From Geobacteraceae bacterium (lineage in GTDB: Bacteria; Desulfobacterota; Desulfuromonadia; Geobacterales; Geobacteraceae), in the NCBI GenBank assembly GCA_012797715.1, contig JAAZOO010000210.1:1-36992 (forward strand): DNA of 36,992 nucleotides, written 5' to 3'. Under the pieces are notes generated by a model. The model was given only the letters and a program-made list of their open reading frames with translations. It was not told the origin of the DNA and did no database searches. Of this stretch, positions 9,171 through 18,537 are shown one piece after another (position 1 is the first letter of the stretch; every line of letters starts with the position of its first letter). The position numbers were made by a program, and so were the translations under genes.

Positions 9171-9962
9171 ATGACCGGTTTGTTTGAGGAAAACCTTCAC
9201 GCTGGAATTGCGTTTCTGGAAGATGGCGACTATGTGAAAGCAGCTGAATGCTTTGATCAATGCGTGAAAGAGAAACCGGAGGATCCTGAGGGTCATTTCA
9301 GGCTTGGTTCCGCGCTTGCAGAACAGGGAAAGCTTGATGAAGCACTTGCCTCCTATCTGGAAGGACTTCGTTTTGAGCCGGCAAACGCCGAGTCCCTGAC
9401 CGCAATAGGAGACATTCATTTCGAGGCGGGACGGTACGATGACGCTCTTTCCGCATATAGAAAGGCCGTTGAGATCCGTCCGGATGATCCGGACGGATAT
9501 GTCAGCATCGGGCTAGTATTGAATTGTATGGAAAAACCATACGATGCAATCAGTTCGTATACCACGGCTCTTGAGATGGATCCACTCAATGTTTTTGCCC
9601 TCAATGCGCTTGGTGACGCCTACTATGGCCTGGATCAGAGAGACAAGGCCATCGAGGCATACCGCAAGGGGATAGAGATTGATCCTGATGACGGCGCCGC
9701 CCATTTTAACTTGGGTGAGCTGTACTATGATATGGATGATCTGGATAACGCCGAGGCAGAATGTCTTGAGGCAATACGCCTCGATCCTTCTTTTCCGTTG
9801 CCGTATCTCACCATGGGGAGCATCTGTCTGGATCAGGAGCGTGTGACTGATGCCGTTACATATTTCGAGACGTATCTGCAAAAAGAGAAGTCACCCCGTG
9901 CGGATGAAATGATCCGGGAAGTGAAGGCAGTTCTGGAGGGGTTGAAAGAGGAGACCGGCTAG
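9171..9962 (+). CDS. Tetratricopeptide (TPR) repeat protein
   Basis: Repeated 34-aa units (A..Y..AL...P....A...LG..Y). ATG at 9171 is preceded by GGAGGGAGGGGAG. The tracked start at 9168 is a TTG one codon upstream. Confidence 0.85.
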   Translation: MTGLFEENLHAGIAFLEDGDYVKAAECFDQCVKEKPEDPEGHFRLGSALAEQGKLDEALASYLEGLRFEPANAESLTAIGDIHFEAGRYDDALSAYRKAVEIRPDDPDGYVSIGLVLNCMEKPYDAISSYTTALEMDPLNVFALNALGDAYYGLDQRDKAIEAYRKGIEIDPDDGAAHFNLGELYYDMDDLDNAEAECLEAIRLDPSFPLPYLTMGSICLDQERVTDAVTYFETYLQKEKSPRADEMIREVKAVLEGLKEETG

Positions 9963-9987
9963 ACTAGGATATTGCCAGGCGAATCAG

Positions 9988-10010
9988 GAGGGCGCTGTAA
10001 AAGCGCCCCT
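9988..10010. terminator. GC-rich hairpin between the convergent TPR and ytxH genes (possible bidirectional terminator, no clear U-tract)
   Basis: GGGCGC (9990-9995), loop TGTAAAA, GCGCCC (10003-10008). It sits in the 75-nt convergent gap. Confidence 0.3.
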
Positions 10011-10037
10011 CTGAACCGTGATGCTGTTCACCCGTGG

Positions 10038-10385
10038 TTACCCCAGAAAACGTGCCAGCCGTGTACGCTGTTTTTCCAGTTTTTCCTGACCATCCTCAAT
10101 TGCCTTCAAGATCTCCTTTTTCGTGTCGTGTGCCATGTCAACTCCCCTGTCGAGGATTTCCGCGGCTTTTTCACCCACTGCGTCGACCATCTTGGAAATG
10201 CTGTCGGAAAAGTCATCTACGACTTCCTCCGCTCTCCTCCTGGCTTTCCTGGCATATCGCGAGATATCCTTCCGCGTGGCTTTTCCCGACTGGGGGGCAA
10301 AGAGCAGAGCAACGCCTGCTCCGATGATCCCGCCGGCAATGAGAAGCAGCGCCCCCGCCTTTACGGTTGCATTTCTGTCTGACAT
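10038..10385 (-). CDS. YtxH domain-containing protein
   Basis: MSDRNATVKAGALLLIAGGIIGAGVALLFAPQSGKATRKD, then a charged helical tail. ATG at 10385 has AGGAGG 6 nt upstream, so the internal Met is preferred over the tracked start at 10448. Confidence 0.8.
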   Translation of the reverse strand: MSDRNATVKAGALLLIAGGIIGAGVALLFAPQSGKATRKDISRYARKARRRAEEVVDDFSDSISKMVDAVGEKAAEILDRGVDMAHDTKKEILKAIEDGQEKLEKQRTRLARFLG

Positions 10386-10564
10386 ACGCACCTCCTGTTG
10401 AAGTTCCGTCATGGAAAGTCTACCAGCAAATTGGGGTTCGGCAAACATTGGATGGAATCATATAGTCTTCTCAAGATGCAGATTCCGTCGTTCACAGCCG
10501 GGATTGCTCTTCCACCGATTTCAGTATCCGGTTGATCTCAACGAAAAACCAGACAAGAAGACAA

Positions 10565-10593
10565 TTGACAGAGGGATAGAATCCCGGTAAAAA
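10565..10593 (+). promoter_or_regulatory. Candidate sigma-70 promoter upstream of acpS
   Basis: TTGACA (10565-10570), a 17-nt spacer, then TAAAAA (10588-10593), about 140 nt upstream of the acpS ATG. The match is by eye only. Confidence 0.25.
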
Positions 10594-10735
10594 GATGCAA
10601 CGCAGCTCTTGAAAGGTGATGGGAAAGTAGGTAGAGGAGAAAGTTCAGGCTCTCGCCGCTGTTTCGGAAAGCACCATATCGAGCGGGTGACGGGGCGTAG
10701 CCGGCGTCTCGCCGTTTGCTACGAGGCGGATTGCA

Positions 10736-11113
10736 ATGGTTTACGGTACAGGTGTCGATATCGTTGATATATCTCGTTTTGAGAGATTCCTGGCGGAAGG
10801 GAAGGATGCCTTGTTCCAGCGACTCTTTACGCCGGATGAAATTGAGTATTGCCGGAGCAGAAAACGAAGCGCTCAACATTACGCGCTCCGATTTGCCGCC
10901 AAGGAGGCTTTCTTCAAGGCAAGCGGGTTAGGTCTCCGGGACGGAATGTCTTGGAAGGACGTGGAGGTGGTGAATAATGACCTCGGCAAGCCGGAACTCA
11001 AACTCTACGGCAGGGCCGCAGAATTATTCGCTGAACTGTCGATGAAGAGAAGTCATGCATCCCTTTCCCATGACGGTTCCTATGGAGTCGCACTCGTAAT
11101 TCTGGAGCAATAG
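10736..11113 (+). CDS. acpS: Holo-[acyl-carrier-protein] synthase
   Basis: 125 aa, starting [18 protein letters not shown], with [10 protein letters not shown]. Confidence 0.9.
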   Translation: MVYGTGVDIVDISRFERFLAEGKDALFQRLFTPDEIEYCRSRKRSAQHYALRFAAKEAFFKASGLGLRDGMSWKDVEVVNNDLGKPELKLYGRAAELFAELSMKRSHASLSHDGSYGVALVILEQ

Positions 11114-11116
11114 AAC

Positions 11117-12673
11117 GTGAAGATTGTATCTGCAGCCACAATGCGCGAGGCGGAGCGACTGACGATGGACGAACGGGGCATACCCGGGCGGGTTCTCATG
11201 GAGACCGCCGGTCGAGCCTGCGCTGATATTGTCTGCGCCGAGTTGGGTGCTACGAGCGCCAAAACCGCTGTCATTGTTGCCGGGAAGGGAAACAACGGCG
11301 GTGACGGCTACGTGATAGCGCGCTGTCTTTTGCATAGGGGATGGAATGTCCGGGTTTTCGTACTCGCCCAAAGGAGTGACATAGCTGGAGATGCGGCAGC
11401 GAATCTTGAGCTTCTGGACCCTGCAACGATTGCATTCTGCACCACTTCCGAAGAGCTACTTCGAAATGCCGCAGTCTTTCACAATGCTTCGATTCTAGTC
11501 GACGCCCTGTTCGGTATCGGCCTGAACACGGACGTATCAGGTGTGCATGCCGATGCAATCAGACTGATGAATTCCGCAGGCAGACCTGTTCTTTCGGTCG
11601 ATATTCCTTCGGGGATTGACGCGTCAACCGGGAATGTCTTGGGAAATGCGGTACGTGCGGACGTTACGGTAACATTTGGTTTCGCCAAGGTCGGCCATGC
11701 CGTGTATCCCGGCCGAGCGTATACCGGAAGGTTGGAAGTTGTCGATATAGGGATTCCTGAAGATATTGCATCGTCCATGAAGACCCTTGCGTATCTGGAC
11801 ATGGAGAGCATTCGCCCGCTCATCAGGAGCAGGGACAGGTGCGGACACAAAGGGACGTATGGCCATTGTCTCATTGTTGCCGGAGCATCGGGCAGGACCG
11901 GCGCGGCCGCCCTCTCCGCAAACAGTGCCGTCAGAACCGGTTCCGGTCTTGTAACCTTGGCAGTTCCAGCAAGCCTCAACCCCATTCTCGAAGTTAAGAC
12001 AACCGAGGCGATGACGCTTCCCCTTGATGACAAAGGGCAGGGGTTTCTTACAGAGGGAAGCGGCATCCAGGTGCTGAGCGAGCTCCAGGGAAAAGACGCG
12101 GTTGCGGTCGGCCCCGGGATTTCCCGGCATCCGGAGACCATTGGGCTGGTTCGCCGGCTTGTCAAGGAAGTCGGCGTTCCCATGGTAGTGGATGCCGACG
12201 GCCTGAATGCGATTGCCGAGGACGTATCGATTCTTCGGGAAAAGAGGTCCCCGGCCTTGATACTTACCCCGCACCCCGGTGAAATGTCACGCCGTTCCGG
12301 TTTGCCCATATCCGTCATTGAAGGTGACAGGATTTCCGCAGCCGTTGATTTTTCCGTTCGACACGGTGTGTTCCTCGTTCTCAAAGGAGCAGGGACAGTC
12401 GTCGCGACACCAGGGGGAGAGATAGCGATAAACGGAAGCGGGAATCCCGGTATGGGGTCCGGAGGTATGGGCGATGTCTTGACGGGAATTATAGTCTCTC
12501 TTCTCGGCCAGAACTATCACCCCTTTGACGCATGTTGTGTTGGAGTGTTTCTGCATGGGTTTGCCGCGGATAGTGTGGCACGGGAAAAGGGTGAAATAGG
12601 TATAACCGCGACTGATGTGCAGGAGATGCTTCCCTATGCATATAGAGCGATTCTTCATCCGTATGTGAAGTGA
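11117..12673 (+). CDS. nnr: Bifunctional NAD(P)H-hydrate repair enzyme (epimerase / ADP-dependent dehydratase)
   Basis: 518 aa. It has a YjeF_N part (GKGNNGGDGYV) and a C-terminal carbohydrate-kinase part (GSGNPGMGSGGMGDVLTG). The GTG start is 3 nt after the acpS stop. Confidence 0.9.
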   Translation: MKIVSAATMREAERLTMDERGIPGRVLMETAGRACADIVCAELGATSAKTAVIVAGKGNNGGDGYVIARCLLHRGWNVRVFVLAQRSDIAGDAAANLELLDPATIAFCTTSEELLRNAAVFHNASILVDALFGIGLNTDVSGVHADAIRLMNSAGRPVLSVDIPSGIDASTGNVLGNAVRADVTVTFGFAKVGHAVYPGRAYTGRLEVVDIGIPEDIASSMKTLAYLDMESIRPLIRSRDRCGHKGTYGHCLIVAGASGRTGAAALSANSAVRTGSGLVTLAVPASLNPILEVKTTEAMTLPLDDKGQGFLTEGSGIQVLSELQGKDAVAVGPGISRHPETIGLVRRLVKEVGVPMVVDADGLNAIAEDVSILREKRSPALILTPHPGEMSRRSGLPISVIEGDRISAAVDFSVRHGVFLVLKGAGTVVATPGGEIAINGSGNPGMGSGGMGDVLTGIIVSLLGQNYHPFDACCVGVFLHGFAADSVAREKGEIGITATDVQEMLPYAYRAILHPYVK

Positions 12674-12766
12674 TGGTTCATGTTTTTTACATACTGTTTG
12701 GAATGCACGCTCACAATCGACGGGGTATTTCCATCTCAACAGAGAATGTTCACCATGGAGAAAAGG

Positions 12767-13216
12767 ATGCTTGCCGCTAGAGATGTAATGACAAAGGAAG
12801 TAGTTACGGTGACCAAGGAAACCACTATACGGGAACTGGCTGAGATCATCACTACCCACCGTATCGGAAGTGTTCTGGTCGTCGATTCTGAAGGCTCGCT
12901 TATCGGGATCGTAACCGAGTCGGATCTGATTGAACAGGATAAGAATTTTCACATTCCAACGGTCATTTCCCTCTTCGACTGGGTCATTTATCTTGAGAGT
13001 GAAAAGAAGTTTGAAAAGGAGTTGAAAAGGATGACAGCCGCGACCGTCGGAGATATCTATACGCAAGATGTTCTTACGGTTACGCCAGATACTCCGGTGA
13101 GTGAGATTGCGGACATTATGAGCGGGCGAAAGATTCATGCGCTTCCGGTACTGGAGAATGGAAAGCTTGTCGGAATCGTTTCCCGTATCGACCTGGTTCG
13201 CAGTATGGTCAAGTAA
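12767..13216 (+). CDS. CBS domain pair protein
   Basis: Two CBS units (DVMTKEVVTV...GIVTESDL and DIYTQDVLTV...GIVSRIDL). ATG at 12767 has GGAGAAAAGG upstream. The tracked start at 12680 is possible but less likely. Confidence 0.8.
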   Translation: MLAARDVMTKEVVTVTKETTIRELAEIITTHRIGSVLVVDSEGSLIGIVTESDLIEQDKNFHIPTVISLFDWVIYLESEKKFEKELKRMTAATVGDIYTQDVLTVTPDTPVSEIADIMSGRKIHALPVLENGKLVGIVSRIDLVRSMVK

Positions 13217-13221
13217 CGGCC

Positions 13222-13701
13222 ATGCCCGTGTTTTCCAGTAACAGTGTTGACGATACCGTTTCCTTGGGCGAGAGAGTGGGAAGCCTTGTCCTACCCGGAG
13301 ATTTCATCGCTTTGATAGGAGAACTGGGCACCGGAAAGACACACTTTACCCAGGGTTTTGCCCGAGGGATGGGGGTAGACCCCGATGTCTGCATAGCAAG
13401 CCCTTCCTATACCTTGATGAATGAATACCATGGCACGATTCCCCTGTACCATTTCGACCTCTATCGACTTGCCGGTGACGACGATGTGAGGGATCTCGGT
13501 TTTGAAGAGTATTTCAACGGGCGGGGTGTTTGTGTCGTTGAATGGGCCGACAGACTCTGCCAAGAACTTCCCGATGACTATCTCAAAGTAGATTTTGCAA
13601 GGTTGAACGAAACAACCAGGACGATTGAAATATCTCCATACGGAAAACGCTACGAAGAGCTGGTGAGGCAGCTCCTCATTCAGTACGGAAAATGTATTTG
13701 A
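13222..13701 (+). CDS. tsaE: tRNA t6A37 biosynthesis ATPase TsaE
   Basis: 159 aa with P-loop GELGTGKTHF and SPSYTLMNEY...HFDLYRL. The nnr/tsaE adjacency matches E. coli yjeF-yjeE. Confidence 0.9.
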   Translation: MPVFSSNSVDDTVSLGERVGSLVLPGDFIALIGELGTGKTHFTQGFARGMGVDPDVCIASPSYTLMNEYHGTIPLYHFDLYRLAGDDDVRDLGFEEYFNGRGVCVVEWADRLCQELPDDYLKVDFARLNETTRTIEISPYGKRYEELVRQLLIQYGKCI

Positions 13702-13790
13702 CCCGCACGGAGCTTCTTGGTATGGAACCTTTAAAGCATCCGATACAATTTTTATTATTAAAAATCACTACCTAACATGGGAGACGGAAC

Positions 13791-15023
13791 ATGGCTCTTG
13801 TTGTTCAGAAATTCGGCGGCACATCGGTTGGAAGCATCGAGCGTATCCGAAATGTAGCGAAACGTGTTGCTGAAACGTATGATGCGGGAAATCAACTTGT
13901 TGTGGTTGTTTCGGCAATGTCGGGGGAAACGAATAAACTTGTGGCCCTTGCCCATGAGATTTGCGAATTCCCCGACAGTCGCGAATACGACGTACTGGTC
14001 TCGTCCGGAGAGCAGGTAACAGTAGCGCTTCTTGCAATGTGTCTGAAATCGATGGGATACAAGGCGAAGTCATATCTGGGGCATCAGGTGCCCATCATAA
14101 CCGACAGCGCCTTCAGCAAGGCACGTATCGACAGGATCTGCGACAAGAAAGTTCGGAAGGATCTGGATAACGGTACCATCATTATTGCCGCCGGATTCCA
14201 GGGAGTCGATAAGGAAGGAAATATTTCGACCCTTGGCCGCGGAGGGTCCGACACCTCGGCTGTTGCCTTGGCAGCGGCATTGAAGGCTGATGTGTGTGAT
14301 ATTTATACGGATGTGTACGGTGTCTATACAACGGACCCTAATATCTGTTCCGATGCGAGAAAGATTGAACGTATTTCCTATGACGAGATGCTTGAGCTCG
14401 CAAGTCTTGGCGCCAAGGTTCTGCAGATTCGCTCGGTAGAGTTCGCGAAGAAATACAATGTTGACGTGCATGTACGCTCAAGTTTCAACGATAATCCGGG
14501 AACCCTGGTTACCAAGGAGGATAAGGAAATGGAGTCGATACTTGTTTCTGGAATTACCTATGCAAAAGATGAAACTAAAATTGCCGTCATGCGGGTCCCG
14601 GACAAGCCGGGTATTGCGGCCAAGCTCCTTTCGCCTCTCTCCGCGGCGAACATTTCCGTTGACATGATAGTGCAAAATGCCAGTGAAGACGGTTTTACCG
14701 ATTTCACTTTTACCGTCTGCAAGGCTGACTTCAAGAAAGCTCTCATGATAACTAAGGAAGCTGCAGGAGAAATCAACGCCGGAGATATCCTGACCGATGA
14801 AAATATTTCCAAGATTTCCATTGTAGGGCTCGGAATGCGCAGCCACGCCGGTGTAGCGACAAAGATGTTTGAAACTCTCGCTGCTGAGGGAATCAATATT
14901 CAGATGATATCTACTTCCGAAATCAAAATTTCAGTCGTTATTGACGCAAAATATACGGAACTGGCGGTTCGTGTACTGCACGATGCCTTTGGACTGGCAG
15001 CAAAGGATGTCAAGGCCGAGTAG
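13791..15023 (+). CDS. lysC: Aspartate kinase (monofunctional class, two C-terminal ACT domains)
   Basis: 410 aa, starting [14 protein letters not shown], with [12 protein letters not shown] and [13 protein letters not shown]. Confidence 0.92.
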   Translation: MALVVQKFGGTSVGSIERIRNVAKRVAETYDAGNQLVVVVSAMSGETNKLVALAHEICEFPDSREYDVLVSSGEQVTVALLAMCLKSMGYKAKSYLGHQVPIITDSAFSKARIDRICDKKVRKDLDNGTIIIAAGFQGVDKEGNISTLGRGGSDTSAVALAAALKADVCDIYTDVYGVYTTDPNICSDARKIERISYDEMLELASLGAKVLQIRSVEFAKKYNVDVHVRSSFNDNPGTLVTKEDKEMESILVSGITYAKDETKIAVMRVPDKPGIAAKLLSPLSAANISVDMIVQNASEDGFTDFTFTVCKADFKKALMITKEAAGEINAGDILTDENISKISIVGLGMRSHAGVATKMFETLAAEGINIQMISTSEIKISVVIDAKYTELAVRVLHDAFGLAAKDVKAE

Positions 15024-15052
15024 CGTATATCTCAGAATGGTAAAGGTGACAC

Positions 15053-16639
15053 ATGAGCCAGATACAGCTCTATGATACAACACTGCGTGATGGTACACAG
15101 GCAGAGGATGTTGCGCTCCTCGTTGAAGACAAGATTCGCATTGCCCATAAACTTGACGAGATGGGCATCCATTACATAGAGGGTGGATGGCCAGGGAGCA
15201 ACCCGAAGGATGTTGCATTCTTCAAGGAAATCAAAAAGGAGAAGCTTCATCAGACACGGGTGGCGGCATTCGGTTCCACCAGAAGAGCGAGAGTGACTCC
15301 GGACAAGGATCAGAATATACGCACTCTTATCCAGTCCGAAGCCGATGTTGTCACAATATTCGGGAAAACGTGGGACTTTCAGGTTCGTGAAGCGCTCCGC
15401 ATCACCCTGGAGGAAAATCTTGAACTGATTTACGATTCTCTGGAGTACCTCAAGTCCCGAGTGCCCCAGGTTTTTTATGATGCCGAGCATTTTTTTGACG
15501 GATTCAAGGCAAATCCGGATTATGCCTTGAAAACCTTGAAAGCCGCGGAGCAAGCCGGGGTTGACTGCATTGTCCTGTGCGACACGAACGGCGGCACCAT
15601 GCCGTTTGAAATTGCCGGCATCGTTGACCAGGTGAGAAAATCCGTGAAAACCCCCCTTGGAATCCATACCCACAACGATTCTGAATGCGCGGTCGCCAAT
15701 ACTCTTGCCGCGGTTGAGCGAGGCGTGGTTCATGTCCAGGGAACCATAAACGGTTTCGGAGAGCGGTGCGGTAATGCGAACCTTTGCTCCATCATTCCGG
15801 CTCTTGTCCTCAAAATGAAAAGAGAGTGCCTGTCTGGAGAACAGCTGAAAAGGCTTTCGGAATTGTCCCGTTTCGTTTATGAATTGTGCAACCTGTCGCC
15901 GGATAAGCATCAGCCTTACGTGGGGAAATCAGCGTTTGCTCATAAGGGAGGCGTCCATGTGAGTGCCATTCAACGGCATCCGGAGACTTATGAACATATT
16001 CGACCTGAATTGGTTGGAAATACTACAAGAGTTCTGGTTTCCGATCTCTCCGGGAGGTCAAATATCCTTGCAAAGGCTCAGGAATTCAACATTAACCTTG
16101 ATAGCAAGGATCCGGTGGCAATGGAGATACTTGACAAAATTAAGGAACTGGAGAATCAAGGCTATCAGTTCGAGGGTGCAGAGGCCTCGTTTGAGCTTCT
16201 CATGAAGAGAGCTCTCGGGACCCACAGGAAATTCTTTTCTGTCATGGGGTTCCGTGTCATCGATGAGAGACGGCATGATGACCAGAAGCCTTTAGCCGAG
16301 GCAACCATCATGGTCAAGGTCGGAGGAAAAATCGAGCACACCGCCGCTGTGGGAAATGGACCCGTAAACGCGCTTGACAATGCACTTCGCAAAGCACTCG
16401 AGAAGTTTTATCCGAAACTGAAAGAAGTACGGTTGCACGATTACAAAGTTCGTGTATTACCAGCCGGTCAGGGGACTGCTTCCGTGACCAGAGTGCTTAT
16501 TGAGTCAGGTGATCGGGAAAGCAGGTGGGGCACTGTGGGTGTATCGGATAATATCATCGAGGCATCCTATCAAGCCCTCATTGACAGTATCGAATATAAA
16601 CTGGACAAAGTGGAAGAAAAGGAGTTATCCAGAAAGTGA
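15053..16639 (+). CDS. cimA: (R)-citramalate synthase, Geobacter-type (LeuA/CimA family)
   Basis: 528 aa, starting [20 protein letters not shown]...[19 protein letters not shown], with HTHND and a C-terminal LeuA-dimer-like domain. It sits next to lysC as in Geobacter. The CimA versus LeuA distinction is from memory. Confidence 0.8.
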   Translation: MSQIQLYDTTLRDGTQAEDVALLVEDKIRIAHKLDEMGIHYIEGGWPGSNPKDVAFFKEIKKEKLHQTRVAAFGSTRRARVTPDKDQNIRTLIQSEADVVTIFGKTWDFQVREALRITLEENLELIYDSLEYLKSRVPQVFYDAEHFFDGFKANPDYALKTLKAAEQAGVDCIVLCDTNGGTMPFEIAGIVDQVRKSVKTPLGIHTHNDSECAVANTLAAVERGVVHVQGTINGFGERCGNANLCSIIPALVLKMKRECLSGEQLKRLSELSRFVYELCNLSPDKHQPYVGKSAFAHKGGVHVSAIQRHPETYEHIRPELVGNTTRVLVSDLSGRSNILAKAQEFNINLDSKDPVAMEILDKIKELENQGYQFEGAEASFELLMKRALGTHRKFFSVMGFRVIDERRHDDQKPLAEATIMVKVGGKIEHTAAVGNGPVNALDNALRKALEKFYPKLKEVRLHDYKVRVLPAGQGTASVTRVLIESGDRESRWGTVGVSDNIIEASYQALIDSIEYKLDKVEEKELSRK

Positions 16640-17202
16640 TTGAGAGCCTCCATCGGCTTGTTTTACTCTGTATCGCGCTTGTCCTTGCGGCAAGTCTTTC
16701 CATGAAAAGCCACGATATCCTCGAGAGTGGGGGTAGCGTGGCTTTTTTGCCAATGGGAGTTGCAGAAAAAGGGAAAGACACGATACGCATTCGTGGAAAT
16801 ATCGTAAATCCGGGAGTTTATCAAATTGATTGCGGTTCGAAAGAAAAAAGCGTCACAATATTGACGCTTATTGGTGCTGGGAAAGAAATAGGCGAGAAAT
16901 CCCTTGCAGGACTGAATTGGCATTCAGGGGACGTACTGGAAATTAATCGAAAAAAGGGACAATACGTCGATATTACGGTGGATACAATGTCGTTTGAAGA
17001 GATGATGATTCTTGGAATCCCATTAGATCCGAACCGATTGTCCGCTCATGAATGGGAAAGATTGCCGGGAATTGGGCCGGTAACTGCGAAAAAGATCATT
17101 GACGACCGTCAAATTAATGGCGATTTTCAATCCATAGACGACCTGAAAAGAATAGATGGAATCGGAAATGCTAAAATAGCAAATCTGAAACAGTATTTTT
17201 AA
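16636..17202 (+). CDS. comEA: ComEA-family helix-hairpin-helix DNA-binding protein
   Basis: 188 aa with an N-terminal TM segment and C-terminal HhH pair [13 protein letters not shown] ... [12 protein letters not shown]. The GTG start overlaps the cimA stop (GTGA). Confidence 0.75.
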   Translation: MIESLHRLVLLCIALVLAASLSMKSHDILESGGSVAFLPMGVAEKGKDTIRIRGNIVNPGVYQIDCGSKEKSVTILTLIGAGKEIGEKSLAGLNWHSGDVLEINRKKGQYVDITVDTMSFEEMMILGIPLDPNRLSAHEWERLPGIGPVTAKKIIDDRQINGDFQSIDDLKRIDGIGNAKIANLKQYF

Positions 17203-17352
17203 TAATAGCTAACATGTTGATAATTCATTGAAATAACGATCCTTCCACACCCATGCAAGAATCTGGATTACGGATATATCTCTGTTTGGCATGCATGATG
17301 TAAAGATACTTGCACCTGGTTACTTACTATTCTCATCCGAGGAGGGATCGAT

Positions 17353-17508
17353 ATGCAATGCCCAAAATGTAAAGGCCTCATGTTTTCGGAAAAGTATTTT
17401 GATTATGTTCGATCTTTTTATGCTTGGAAATGTACCGGGTGTGGTGAGTTGTTAGATACTACGATTCTGTCGAACAGGGCGCGGAGGAATGATTTCTTTC
17501 TTGGCTAA
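17353..17508 (+). CDS. Small (51 aa) CxxC...CxxC zinc-ribbon protein, not in the ORF track
   Basis: ATG at 17353 has GGAGGG 6 nt upstream. The product is MQCPKCKGLMFSEKYFDYVRSFYAWKCTGCGELLDTTILSNRARRNDFFLG, with TAA at 17506-17508. The two Cys pairs are spaced 20 residues apart. Confidence 0.55.
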   Translation: MQCPKCKGLMFSEKYFDYVRSFYAWKCTGCGELLDTTILSNRARRNDFFLG

Positions 17509-17931
17509 GACTCACGGTTGTTTTGGCAAGCACGTTTTTCAGCATCAAGATTGTTCGTAATTTTACATAAGGCGGTTGCTTGTGCATACCCAAAAATGAA
17601 CCTGAGAACGATAATGCAAGGGATAAATGCCAAGCATCCGCCAATGTAATTTTCTCATTCCGCGTAATGCGTTTTCCTCCCTCGTATCCCCCCCTTGATC
17701 CTCCTGAAACTAGCAGTTGGAACCCGTAGCGAATGAACCGTTTTTGCGTCGCGACTATAGAAGGATATCCGGAGTGTTTGAAGGATAAATTATAATTGCT
17801 GAAAGTGTGACGTCTCTCCTTTCGCATGCCGTATCGTGAGAGGATTTGTTTATCTTCCGAAAAATCACTTCGCCGCATCAAGGGGGATATGGAAACCTTT
17901 TGACGTATCGTCATTCTCCGAATCGGTCGAG

Positions 17932-17955
17932 AGGGCGGTTTCGAAGGGCGGTTTC
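17932..17955. repeat. Tandem direct repeat AGGGCGGTTTC x2 (13-nt period)
   Basis: AGGGCGGTTTC occurs at 17932-17942 and again at 17945-17955, separated by GA. Confidence 0.6.
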
Positions 17956-18096
17956 TGCTTCAAGGGACTTATCCCGGTCGGGAAATTGATGCGCGGTACA
18001 CTGCTGCACTGCTCCTTCCTGGCACCCTTGTAACTTCAGGGTAACTATTGACCGCTGAAAGCTGGGGGAACGTGAGTTCTGGTGCAGACAATCATT

Positions 18097-18513
18097 TTAT
18101 TCGCCGATTATTTTAACGAGAACCCGCTTTTTTCTCCTGCCGTCGAAATCTCCGTAAAAAATCTGTTCCCAGGGACCCAGATCAAGATCGTAGTCGGTTA
18201 CTGCCACGACAACTTCTCTTCCCATGATCGTTCTCTTGAGGTGGGCATCGGCGTTATCCTCACTCCCATTATGGTGATACTGTGAATAGGGCTTTTCAGG
18301 AGCGAGCATTTCCAGCCATTCCTCGAAATCAAGGTGCAAACCGGGTTCATCATCATTGATAAAGACACTCGCCGTGATGTGCATGGCGTTGCACAGCAGA
18401 AGACCATCTCGAATTTCACTTTCTGCTACGCACTCTCTCACCTGTTGAGTGATATTAATAAAATCCCTTCTCTTGCTGATTTCGAACCAGAGCTCCTTTC
18501 GAAAATGTTTCAT
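18097..18513 (-). CDS. YjbQ/UPF0047 family protein (secondary thiamine-phosphate synthase family)
   Basis: 138 aa with [30 protein letters not shown] and [15 protein letters not shown] lies upstream of the ATG. Confidence 0.85.
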   Translation of the reverse strand: MKHFRKELWFEISKRRDFINITQQVRECVAESEIRDGLLLCNAMHITASVFINDDEPGLHLDFEEWLEMLAPEKPYSQYHHNGSEDNADAHLKRTIMGREVVVAVTDYDLDLGPWEQIFYGDFDGRRKKRVLVKIIGE

Positions 18514-18537
18514 GAAGAATGCCTCCCGTTCCTTTTG

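Noticed and set aside
13723-13739. TGGAACCTTTAAAGCAT upstream of lysC has sigma-54 GG-N10-GC spacing.
   Set aside because: It has three mismatches to TGGCAC-N5-TTGCA, and there is no enhancer-binding-protein context. It is too weak to call.
17601-17620. CCTGAGAACGATAATGCAAG resembles the TPP-riboswitch core (CUGAGA ... AUAAUGCCAGCG), and a YjbQ thiamine-related gene is nearby.
   Set aside because: The flanking P4/P5 pairing (CUGG/CCAG) and the rest of the THI-box are absent. In addition, yjbQ is on the other strand with its 5' end far away.
17685-17889. The 13-bp inverted repeat pair as terminal inverted repeats of a roughly 205-bp MITE.
   Set aside because: No target-site duplication flanks it (ctcg versus tgga). 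No second copy of the repeat is visible elsewhere in the window, and there is no transposase. It is kept only as an alternative explanation in the finding.
17459-17914. 151-aa minus-strand ORF in the unexplained spacer.
   Set aside because: It has no SD upstream of the ATG at 17914. Its 3' end overlaps the better-supported zinc-ribbon ORF, and its sequence (GGSRGGYEGGKR...) shows no recognisable fold. It is probably a chance ORF in AT-rich DNA.
18011-18034. TGGCAC (18020-18025) as a sigma-54 -24 element. On the minus strand, GCCAGGAAGGAGCAG resembles SRP RNA domain IV.
   Set aside because: The -12 position reads TAAC rather than TTGC, and the element would fire antisense into yjbQ. The SRP-like stretch lacks a GNRA tetraloop closing pair and the long 5'/3' helix of 4.5S RNA.
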